Virus record (IMG/VR): IMGVR_UViG_3300028914_000001
Coordinates: 157,489 to 221,488 of that record
Reading direction: 5' to 3' (one strand)
From: a virus
Lineage: Duplodnaviria > Heunggongvirae > Uroviricota > Caudoviricetes
DNA length: 64,000 bases
Of this stretch, positions 50,260 to 58,100 are shown in pieces. A model generated the notes under the pieces. That model did no database searches. It was not told the DNA's origin and worked only from the letters and a program-made list of their open reading frames with translations. Made by a program: the position numbers and the translations under genes. Positions within the stretch are counted from its first letter, which is position 1. Each line of letters begins with the position of its first letter.

Positions 50260-51804
50260 ATGAATTCGAACCTTGAACTTTCTTTACGTATTTTAGACCA
50301 GTTTTCCGAAACTGACAGCCGTTACTCTTTCGATAAAATGCTGATTCCTAACAGTATTTTTGACTTCATGATGGCTAAAGCGGAAAATCTCAAAGGTGTG
50401 GAAAGGAAAAACTTCGAATTTTTGCTGTATATAGTCAACACGGTATATCGCCGCTACCAGATAGCCTTCAACCTGGCTACCAAGCATAACTGGAAAATCG
50501 ATATTGACAAGTGGGCAGTCCCCATTTACTCCAAAATCTATGACAGGATACTCGGTTCCAACTACTTGGAATACGTACACATTCTCGAACAATGGGGCAT
50601 CATTGGCCGTAGCCGTTCCTACATCAAGGGAAGCAAGGATATTCCGGGAAAATGCAAGCATTATTGGTTCACACCCAAGTTTTTAACCTATGTTCAGCGT
50701 TATTTGCACACTAGGGCACAGGAAGAAGCCGGAGATATCAAGAAAAGAAAGGGTGGTGTCCGTGTAGTCATGGTGACCAACCCCCGTCTTTATCGAAAAT
50801 TGGCCGAAAGAGCCGAAGAAGTTCATTCAGAACAAATGAACATGCCTGAAATTAAGGAACTTTACGAAGACTTGACGCATTTTAGCATCGATGAAGACGA
50901 AAGTTACGATATTTTGGGCAATCTTGTCGATAGCGGTTCGATTCCCGTCGAAAGATTGACCTCTGAAATGAACAAAGTCAAGCTTTTCAATAGCTACACG
51001 ACCGATAAATACGCTCTTTACTGCAAACGTGACCCGTATGGCCGTGTTCATACTAACATCACCCAGTTGAAAAAAGAGGTTAGAAAGAGCTGCATCTACT
51101 GTGATGGCAAGCCGACGGTCGAAATCGACATCAAGAGTTCTCAGGGTGCATTCTTGTATCGTGTTCTTGACCGATACATTTCTAATTTTGATGGCCGAGA
51201 ACATATTGTGATTTCTCCTAAGGGAGAGAATTCGGAAGCCTACTGGAATTCCTTTGAGGAAGACGAATGCATCTCGGCATTCCACTCCGAATTGGATAGA
51301 TACAGAAATCTGCTTGTTTCTGGTGGTTTGTATGAATACTTCCTTAACTATGTAAACAAAACTTTGCATACGAATGTAGACCGTAATAAGGTAAAGAAAG
51401 AATTCCTTACATGCCTTTTCTGCGGACGTTTCTATTCTAAGAAAAAGCATAAGCTTGTCGAAGCCATTCAGAAGCTCTGGAAGGAAGCATTCCCTAACCT
51501 CTACAAGGCAATCCAGATTATCAAGCGTGGGCACTACTCTGAGTTGGCCCATGAGCTGCAACGTACTGAAAGCCACCTCATTTTCAGCGTGGTTTATCGC
51601 AGAATCAAGGACGAATTGCATTGCCCTGTTTGTACCGTACACGATAGCATCATAGTGTCCTCCGATGTTGCTACCCGTGCCAAGCAAATCTTCGACGACG
51701 CTTTGAAGGAATTGGAAATCCCTACCTTTACCGAGCAGGAACAGATGGAAGCAACGATTGAAGACACCTTTATTGCTGACAAGACCTTGACAACCAAGAT
51801 TTAA
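50260..51804 (+). CDS. wHTH plus PolA/T7-RNAP-superfamily palm-domain protein without exonuclease domains
   Basis: DPYGRVH (DxxGR), motif A EIDIKSSQ, motif B RNKVKKEFLTCLF, LQRTES, motif C TVHDSI. Confidence 0.7.
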   Translation: MNSNLELSLRILDQFSETDSRYSFDKMLIPNSIFDFMMAKAENLKGVERKNFEFLLYIVNTVYRRYQIAFNLATKHNWKIDIDKWAVPIYSKIYDRILGSNYLEYVHILEQWGIIGRSRSYIKGSKDIPGKCKHYWFTPKFLTYVQRYLHTRAQEEAGDIKKRKGGVRVVMVTNPRLYRKLAERAEEVHSEQMNMPEIKELYEDLTHFSIDEDESYDILGNLVDSGSIPVERLTSEMNKVKLFNSYTTDKYALYCKRDPYGRVHTNITQLKKEVRKSCIYCDGKPTVEIDIKSSQGAFLYRVLDRYISNFDGREHIVISPKGENSEAYWNSFEEDECISAFHSELDRYRNLLVSGGLYEYFLNYVNKTLHTNVDRNKVKKEFLTCLFCGRFYSKKKHKLVEAIQKLWKEAFPNLYKAIQIIKRGHYSELAHELQRTESHLIFSVVYRRIKDELHCPVCTVHDSIIVSSDVATRAKQIFDDALKELEIPTFTEQEQMEATIEDTFIADKTLTTKI

Positions 51805-51836
51805 TAAACTATATTTGTGGAAAAAGGACTAATATC

Positions 51837-52826
51837 ATGGATATCCAATACTTCAAAAACCCTAACATGAACGTGCTCAACTGCACACACTATGACCTTG
51901 ATGGAGTGGGGTCCCATCTTATCATCAAGACAATCTTTCCTAACGCAAAGTACGCCAAGATGTACTACGGCAAGGATAATGACCTCTTGACATTCAACAC
52001 TATTCCTAACAAGGAACAGTACAACGCCATCATCTTTACCGATTATACGCCAGTAAAATTCATGGACAGTGTTCGTGCAACTGGCATTCCTACCATGGTT
52101 CTTGACCACCATGCTAGCGCATCTGATTTCAACGACCCGGCTAATGCAATCATTATCGACAAGTCTGCTTGCGGCGCCCGTCTTGCCTATGATTTCTACC
52201 GTGATGTCAAGGATATTTCCCACCTCGAAGAACTCATCAATTATATCGACACGTTTGACCGTTGGATTAGAACCGATAAGGCACGATTCGAACATGCATA
52301 CAAGATGAACATGCTGTTCAAGGACAAGTACAAGCTCAATTTCGATGCTTGGATTGAAGCCTACAAGGATGGCCATACCGAATTCACGGAAGATGAAATT
52401 GCTTTCCTCAACCAGATTGACAGTGAAGTTGAACAGACATACAATAATCTGCAGTTTACAGACCTTCCTGGTGGCGGTGTATTGACCCGTTGCGACAAGC
52501 ATTCGACAGAAGTCGGTATTCGTATTCAGGACAGCGAAAAGTATAACTACTGGATTAACATCTATAATAACAAGCGTGAAAACAAAATCGGTTTGATGTT
52601 CCGTGGATATAACCCGAACATTTCCTTTGACAAGTTTGCTAGAAAGATTGAAATTCATGTTCCTGGCTCGAACATGGGTGGACACGGACTGTCATGTGGA
52701 GGCAAGGCCGATAATGAGACTGATGCAATGCGAATGGTCGCCATGTCAATCCCGTACATTCAGCAGCAGATTGACGGCACCTTTGTACAGGACGAAGAAA
52801 TGCTGAGTAAGCCTGACGAAATATAA
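51837..52826 (+). CDS. DHH-family phosphoesterase
   Basis: THYDLDG, FTD, LDHH, SACGA, GGH; AATAAACTAT upstream at 51803. Confidence 0.88.
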   Translation: MDIQYFKNPNMNVLNCTHYDLDGVGSHLIIKTIFPNAKYAKMYYGKDNDLLTFNTIPNKEQYNAIIFTDYTPVKFMDSVRATGIPTMVLDHHASASDFNDPANAIIIDKSACGARLAYDFYRDVKDISHLEELINYIDTFDRWIRTDKARFEHAYKMNMLFKDKYKLNFDAWIEAYKDGHTEFTEDEIAFLNQIDSEVEQTYNNLQFTDLPGGGVLTRCDKHSTEVGIRIQDSEKYNYWINIYNNKRENKIGLMFRGYNPNISFDKFARKIEIHVPGSNMGGHGLSCGGKADNETDAMRMVAMSIPYIQQQIDGTFVQDEEMLSKPDEI

Positions 52827-52856
52827 ACTCTTGGTGCAAAAACCCAAGCAGTCAAC

Positions 52857-53984
52857 ATGAAAATTCTACAAATCAGGACGGTGCTTGCAACCGTCCTTCT
52901 TTCTTTATGTATCGGCCAGGTTTATGCCTGGTCTCTTCTATCCAACGCTGTCAACTCGGTTCTAAACCACGACATGTCGTTCGCCTTCTCTCTTGCCATC
53001 CTGTTCCTCGGCCTGTCTGCAGCTTTCATGGGAAAGTTCGTGGAAAGAAACCCGAAGGCGACCTACATCATGTCCGTGATTTTCTTCGTTGCCGGATTCC
53101 TCCTAAGTGGATTCGCTTGCAGCGTAGGAAGCGTCGGGATGTTCTATGCATCGTATGGCGTACTCTTCGGATGCGCATGCGGTCTCGGGTATGTAGCCCC
53201 AATCAAGACGCTGATGCTCTACTTCCGTCATAACAAGGCTGTCGCATCTGCCATTGCCATCCTATCGTTCGGGTTGGCAAAGTCTGTTGCAAGTCCGCTG
53301 TACACATACCTTACCTCAACCTATGCTATCGACCAAGTGTTCTATCTCCTTGCTCTAATCTATACTGTTCCGCTTATCGTGACATCGTTCCTGTTCAGGA
53401 AGTTCCCGGTCAATTACAAACCACCTATGGTCGAGACAATCGATATCGGAAAGACGGTTAGAACATTGCCTTACATTTCAATCTGGTTGTTCTTCTTCCT
53501 CAACATCGCTTGCGGCCTAGCCTTCATCAGTCAGGAAGCTCAACTATATTCCCACTATGGCGTGGCAATCGGGATGGCAACCTTGCTGTGTACATTGAGT
53601 GCTGTTTTCAATGCTGGCGGGCGTTTTGGGTTTGCTTGGATTAGCGACAAGTTCGGTCGATACGTTCCGTACATCATCCTGTTCGCATTGAGTTCCCTGC
53701 TGTGCTTGATTAACTTTGGATTTGCTGGACTGGGCCTGTTCGTTGTCAGCGTCATGCTCATCAACGCTTGTTATGGCGGAGGTTTCTCCGCTTTGCCTGC
53801 ACTGCTCGCAAGCAAGTACGGGATAACGAATACATCAACCATCCATTCTCTGACATTGAGCGCTTGGGGTATTGCAGGAATTGCTTCACTCTTCTTGAAG
53901 CAGCTCCCGGTTGATACCTTGTTCATCACATGCTTCATACTGTATGGCTTCAACCTTCTGTTGCTGTACCTGAGCAAACGATAA
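52857..53984 (+). CDS. MFS transporter, oxalate/formate antiporter (OFA)-like
   Basis: GQVYAWS, AFSLAILFLGLSA, GLGYVAPIKTL, NAGGRF..SDKFGR, YGGGFS; about 11-12 hydrophobic segments. Confidence 0.85.
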   Translation: MKILQIRTVLATVLLSLCIGQVYAWSLLSNAVNSVLNHDMSFAFSLAILFLGLSAAFMGKFVERNPKATYIMSVIFFVAGFLLSGFACSVGSVGMFYASYGVLFGCACGLGYVAPIKTLMLYFRHNKAVASAIAILSFGLAKSVASPLYTYLTSTYAIDQVFYLLALIYTVPLIVTSFLFRKFPVNYKPPMVETIDIGKTVRTLPYISIWLFFFLNIACGLAFISQEAQLYSHYGVAIGMATLLCTLSAVFNAGGRFGFAWISDKFGRYVPYIILFALSSLLCLINFGFAGLGLFVVSVMLINACYGGGFSALPALLASKYGITNTSTIHSLTLSAWGIAGIASLFLKQLPVDTLFITCFILYGFNLLLLYLSKR

Positions 53985-53997
53985 ACTATATGTAATT

Positions 53998-54639
53998 ATG
54001 AATGACTTACTGAAAACCTATAAGACGTTTGTCGATTCGGTCTATGCCAACTTTGGCAAGGCTGCTGCAAAACCCATTATCAGAGAAGGGTTCAAAGCGT
54101 TATGTGAAGCTATTGACGATAACATGGTCAAGCTGGTCGAGTACCTAAATCAACCAGCTGCTACGCCAATACATAACTCTGATGGCGTTCTGATGACAGG
54201 GCGTAAGGCTTTCAACTACTTCGAGAACGCCTCTATAAAAGAAGGAATGTGGGGTGTTCATTTTACCTACCTAGAACCATTCTATTATATATTGGAAGAG
54301 GGGTTTTCTAACGGAACGACTAATTTGGACCAACTTGCCTATACAGGAAACTACGAAGGTGGGCGAGGAAAGGATGGATGGTTCTTTGCACTTCCATTAG
54401 ATAGCAAATACTTGAAGTCGTATGACATGGGTTACGGTGACTACGGGTTCCTTATAAAGACTGATTGCGTATTGGTTGACCACTTGGGCGATGGTGATAC
54501 TGAGATGTTGTTCCGTGGCAGTGATGTAATTGAAATGATACCTTTCTATTACGACGAAGACTCCGAGATGTGGATATCAAAGTCCGACGGGGCTGAATAC
54601 GCTACTCTTGAAGAGTTAATCGCTAAGTACGCCAAATAA
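53998..54639 (+). CDS. Leader-bearing late protein with an ADP-ribosyltransferase-like signature
   Basis: Leader FVDSV...FKALCE; VHFT..ILEEGF..WFFA..YG..DTE; GATAAACTAT at 53980. Confidence 0.45.
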   Translation: MNDLLKTYKTFVDSVYANFGKAAAKPIIREGFKALCEAIDDNMVKLVEYLNQPAATPIHNSDGVLMTGRKAFNYFENASIKEGMWGVHFTYLEPFYYILEEGFSNGTTNLDQLAYTGNYEGGRGKDGWFFALPLDSKYLKSYDMGYGDYGFLIKTDCVLVDHLGDGDTEMLFRGSDVIEMIPFYYDEDSEMWISKSDGAEYATLEELIAKYAK

Positions 54640-54659
54640 GTGGATTGTTACCTGTTTTC

Positions 54660-54689
54660 AGCCGACCTGCAATAGTGGTCGGCTTTTTT
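54660..54689 (+). terminator. Intrinsic terminator
   Basis: agccgacc...ggtcggctttttt. Confidence 0.75.
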
Positions 54690-54740
54690 GTTGCTGGAAT
54701 AATATATTTTAAGCTAGAATAAAGATTGGAGGAAACCGAT

Positions 54741-55193
54741 ATGGTATCGGCTGGCCTTTTGATAACAGACGGCGAGAAGTTCCTTGTGGAGCTGCCGTTG
54801 CACCAGACTCCTGGTGAACACCATTTTGATTTGCCCAAGGGTCACGTCGAGGATTTCGACAGTGACTTTAGGGGCACTGCGTTTAGAGAAGCTAAGGAAG
54901 AGACTGGTTACGATTTTGACTCTTATAAGGACCGTGCATACGCATTGTGTAATGAACCTGTCAGCTACATCAAGGGCAAGCAGATTGTCCTGTACCGTCT
55001 CGACCTGACGAAAGAAGAGATGCCTAGTATCGGCGAGTACAAGTGCCAGAGTTTCTTCCCGGACAAGAGGACGGGCAAGAATGTTCCTGAGGTTATTGGC
55101 TATGCCTACAAGCCGCTTTCCGAAATCAGGAAGTGGCTCTTCAAGGGTTATAGCCGCACGTTTGACAGGCTCGGTATTTTCAAGGAAGGATAA
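54741..55193 (+). CDS. nudE: Nudix hydrolase, T4 NudE-like (no leader)
   Basis: DLPKGHVE...AFREAKEETG Nudix box; GGAGG before ATG 54741. Confidence 0.85.
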   Translation: MVSAGLLITDGEKFLVELPLHQTPGEHHFDLPKGHVEDFDSDFRGTAFREAKEETGYDFDSYKDRAYALCNEPVSYIKGKQIVLYRLDLTKEEMPSIGEYKCQSFFPDKRTGKNVPEVIGYAYKPLSEIRKWLFKGYSRTFDRLGIFKEG

Positions 55194-55693
55194 TGTCACT
55201 GTTTGAAGTCATCGTCTATTCGCTCGGGATATTCCCCATGCTCCTTGTACTCGGAATGATTGCGAGGGAGTGGTGGGTGTTCCGTAAGAATAGGGTTAAG
55301 GGAAGCTCTAAGACCAAGGGCGAGCCGCCTACACCAGTTCTCCCGAAGGCAGAGTTAGCAAAGTCTGATTTCGATGACATAGCGAAGAAAAAGCGGGAGG
55401 TCGAACTCGCCGCAGAGATACGCCGCATCCTTGCCAAGTCGGTTACACGTCAGGGCGAAGGTGAATACGACTTCGACGCAAACAAGCTTACCGCAGTTGA
55501 ATACCAGCTTCTTTTGAACTATGCCAAATCCCGCAAGGAGGAACTTAATTCCTATGTGGAGATGTGCAACAAGATAAGTGAAGAACCCGAAGCTGATTGC
55601 AGCGAGGAAATGAAATTGATTTACGGAAACATCGGCCTTATCGAATTGGCTAAATTCGTCGAGGCTTTCTCTGACAAAGCAAATCGTTGGTAA
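55193..55693 (+). CDS. Hypothetical membrane-anchored protein
   Basis: N-terminal hydrophobic helix followed by WWVFRK. Confidence 0.6.
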   Translation: MSLFEVIVYSLGIFPMLLVLGMIAREWWVFRKNRVKGSSKTKGEPPTPVLPKAELAKSDFDDIAKKKREVELAAEIRRILAKSVTRQGEGEYDFDANKLTAVEYQLLLNYAKSRKEELNSYVEMCNKISEEPEADCSEEMKLIYGNIGLIELAKFVEAFSDKANRW

Positions 55694-57063
55694 TGGAGGC
55701 AAAAATGAACAACGATAAATACCTAAACATAATGGAATTCCTGGCAAAGGCGCTTTATGATGTCGGTGCCACGGTAAAGCATATCTACAAGGAAGAGCAT
55801 CCTGCGATTCCGCCTATCCCGACGACGCCGCAGCCAGTGCCGCCTAGTCCGCCTAGGTACACTGTCGAACAGGAAATCCCTTTCCCGCCAGCGCCGAATT
55901 GCCCGCCACCCGTGGTGGTCAGACAGCCAGAACGCTATGGTGGTCTTGGTTTCAAACCGCTTATGAAGCCGAAGGAACCCTGGTTTGATAAGCAACGTCC
56001 GATACCTGGCCCGAACCAGTTCTGCAACATGCAGGACTACACCTTCCAGCAGTTGAACGGTAATGTCCCGGCGGAAGCTACCATCTTGGCTGACCCGTTC
56101 ATGAAACCGAACCAGAAAGTGAATCTTGAATCGAATCCCGATTATTTTGGCTTTGACCATAACAAGAACACCCCAATACGGATGAAAACCATGGTTGACA
56201 CCGCTGATGGACACCCAGAGCCGATTGGCAATCTGATTAAGGAACACCCGGCGGCTCTTGACGCAGCTAAAACCAATGTGCAGAAGATGAATCCATCCCT
56301 CGGTATTTGTCAGAACCTGAGCAACGGTAAGATAGAACGGGAAATCGAGTCCCTTACCAAAGCGTTGAACGATATGACTCTTATGGGCAAACCGGGTTCT
56401 ATGAGCGAGGTGTCCAATAAGCTCGTCGGCCTAACTTTTGCTCGTACCTATCTCAACTTCCTGCCGAATGAAACTGGAAAGAAATTCATTGTTAACGAAC
56501 TCAAAGATAATCCAGTTGCACTCAAGGCTTTCAACGATGCCGTCGACGAGAATGAAGGAATGAGAGCTAAGGCTATTGCTGAGCGTCAATATGAAAGTCA
56601 ACGTGTCATGTCGCAACGTGGTATCAGTATCGGAAAGGATTTAAAAGCCTCGATGGACAATTTCTATAGCCCTAAGCCAGATGAACTTATGGCTAAGCAG
56701 GTAGACTTTCCGACAACTCCGCAAGACTTAATCAAAGCTGCCATGACAAAAAAATACCTGAAAAGCATCGACGCAAAGAAAACCGTAGGTAAAATGACCG
56801 ATATGCTGGATACATGCAACAACTTGGCTAAATCTCCCGCAATACCTGGAAACGAGGCAATGAAGGAAGCCGAAATGTCGCTGACCGAGGAAAACTTGAA
56901 GAAGGATGCATCGGAGATAAAGGCAGATGACCGTCCAGTAATACCTGAAAAAGAGGAAACTCCCGATGCTCCGGCTGAACAGCCGAAAGAAAACGTCAAG
57001 GAAAAGAAATTGAAAGCGAAAGCTAAGGAACAGAAAACATTAGCCAATTCTAACAAGGAGTAA
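55687..57063 (+). CDS. Proline-rich hypothetical protein
   Basis: 458-aa ORF with PPIPTTPQPVPPSPP; start uncertain. Confidence 0.55.
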   Translation: MVMEAKMNNDKYLNIMEFLAKALYDVGATVKHIYKEEHPAIPPIPTTPQPVPPSPPRYTVEQEIPFPPAPNCPPPVVVRQPERYGGLGFKPLMKPKEPWFDKQRPIPGPNQFCNMQDYTFQQLNGNVPAEATILADPFMKPNQKVNLESNPDYFGFDHNKNTPIRMKTMVDTADGHPEPIGNLIKEHPAALDAAKTNVQKMNPSLGICQNLSNGKIEREIESLTKALNDMTLMGKPGSMSEVSNKLVGLTFARTYLNFLPNETGKKFIVNELKDNPVALKAFNDAVDENEGMRAKAIAERQYESQRVMSQRGISIGKDLKASMDNFYSPKPDELMAKQVDFPTTPQDLIKAAMTKKYLKSIDAKKTVGKMTDMLDTCNNLAKSPAIPGNEAMKEAEMSLTEENLKKDASEIKADDRPVIPEKEETPDAPAEQPKENVKEKKLKAKAKEQKTLANSNKE

Positions 57064-57066
57064 AAA

Positions 57067-57336
57067 ATGGCAACGAAGAAAACGAAGACCTATAACTTTG
57101 GAAAAGCACTTGAAGCCTTGAAGGGCGGTAAAACTATCCGTCGTCAGGGTTGGAACGGAGTCGGTATCTTTATCGCTCTCCAAGTTCCCGATAAGAAGTC
57201 CAAGATGAGCCAGCCGTACCTCTACATCGACACCCTCGGTTTGCAGACGACAAACCCGAAGGCTCCGAAGGGTCGTGTACCGTGGGCACCGAGCCAGACT
57301 GACCTGCTTGCCGAAGACTGGGAAATCATCAAGTAG
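57067..57336 (+). CDS. tad2: DUF2829 / Thoeris anti-defence Tad2-like sponge
   Basis: NFGKALEALKGGK.IRR.GWNG...PY.YI...VPW.PSQTDLLAEDW. Confidence 0.85.
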   Translation: MATKKTKTYNFGKALEALKGGKTIRRQGWNGVGIFIALQVPDKKSKMSQPYLYIDTLGLQTTNPKAPKGRVPWAPSQTDLLAEDWEIIK

Positions 57337-57355
57337 GAATTTTCCCCACACAAAT

Positions 57356-57383
57356 AAAGCCTCCGTGTTACACGGGGGCTTTT
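57356..57383. terminator. Bidirectional intrinsic terminator
   Basis: aaagcctccgtg-tta-cacgggggcttt between convergent genes. Confidence 0.75.
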
Positions 57384-57406
57384 CTGATGTTTCACGTGGA
57401 ACAATT

Positions 57407-57991
57407 TTAGAACTTGATACCTTCCCTCTTGAAGGTCTTGTCAAACTCTGGCCATAGCCACTTGCCTATTTCCTTCAATGGAAGATATTCGTAGGAGCAT
57501 GCTTCTGGCATTGCGGCGTTCTTCTTAGGGTCATGGAAGTATGACTTGCAGGAATAAGATGTCAACGGTGGAAGCTCTTTCAGATTTATCCTGTAAAGCA
57601 TCAGGTTGTTTCCTTTACGGAATGGCACCTGCTTGCGGAAAATTCCCTTGGCATCGTTGTAATACTTATGCCAGTTGTACCCGGTTTCTTCCAACGCTTC
57701 CCTGAATGCGGCATCTTTTACACTTTCGCCATCGTTCTCGACGTGGCCTTTCGGTAGGTCATACTGGTGTGGCTTTCCCTTCTTGTTTCCTGTCGGAAGT
57801 TCTGCAAGGAATACTTCACCATCGGTGATGAGAAGTCCAGACGAGCATGACGGATGTTCCTCATTGTTTCTCGGGTCTGCAAATTCAAGCAGGGTCTTGG
57901 CTAAATCCTTGACAGCTTCAAACTGTGCCTTTGATGCAAGTATATGCTTGGCTGACTCGTTGAATGTATCTATGACATATTGTGGGGTCAT
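57407..57991 (-). CDS. Nudix hydrolase paralogue with a 47-aa N-terminal extension containing the leader
   Basis: DLPKGHVE...AFREALEETG; leader FNESA...LAKTLLE; late box at 58017-58026. Confidence 0.85.
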   Translation of the reverse strand: MTPQYVIDTFNESAKHILASKAQFEAVKDLAKTLLEFADPRNNEEHPSCSSGLLITDGEVFLAELPTGNKKGKPHQYDLPKGHVENDGESVKDAAFREALEETGYNWHKYYNDAKGIFRKQVPFRKGNNLMLYRINLKELPPLTSYSCKSYFHDPKKNAAMPEACSYEYLPLKEIGKWLWPEFDKTFKREGIKF

Positions 57992-58016
57992 TTTAGGTCA
58001 CATGTTAAATCTAATG

Positions 58017-58026
58017 ATAGTTTATA
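58017..58026 (-). promoter_or_regulatory. Late promoter box TATAAACTAT
   Basis: Exact motif 25 nt upstream of ATG 57991. Confidence 0.75.
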
Positions 58027-58040
58027 TTCCAAAAAAGACT

Positions 58041-58074
58041 AAAAAAGGAGCCTGCCTTGCGGCAAGCTCCCTTT
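58041..58074 (-). terminator. Terminator after the major capsid gene
   Basis: aaaaaaggagc-ctgcc-ttgc-ggca-agctcc hairpin. Confidence 0.7.
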
Positions 58075-58100
58075 CAGTTCCGTTTAAGGAATTCGAGTGA

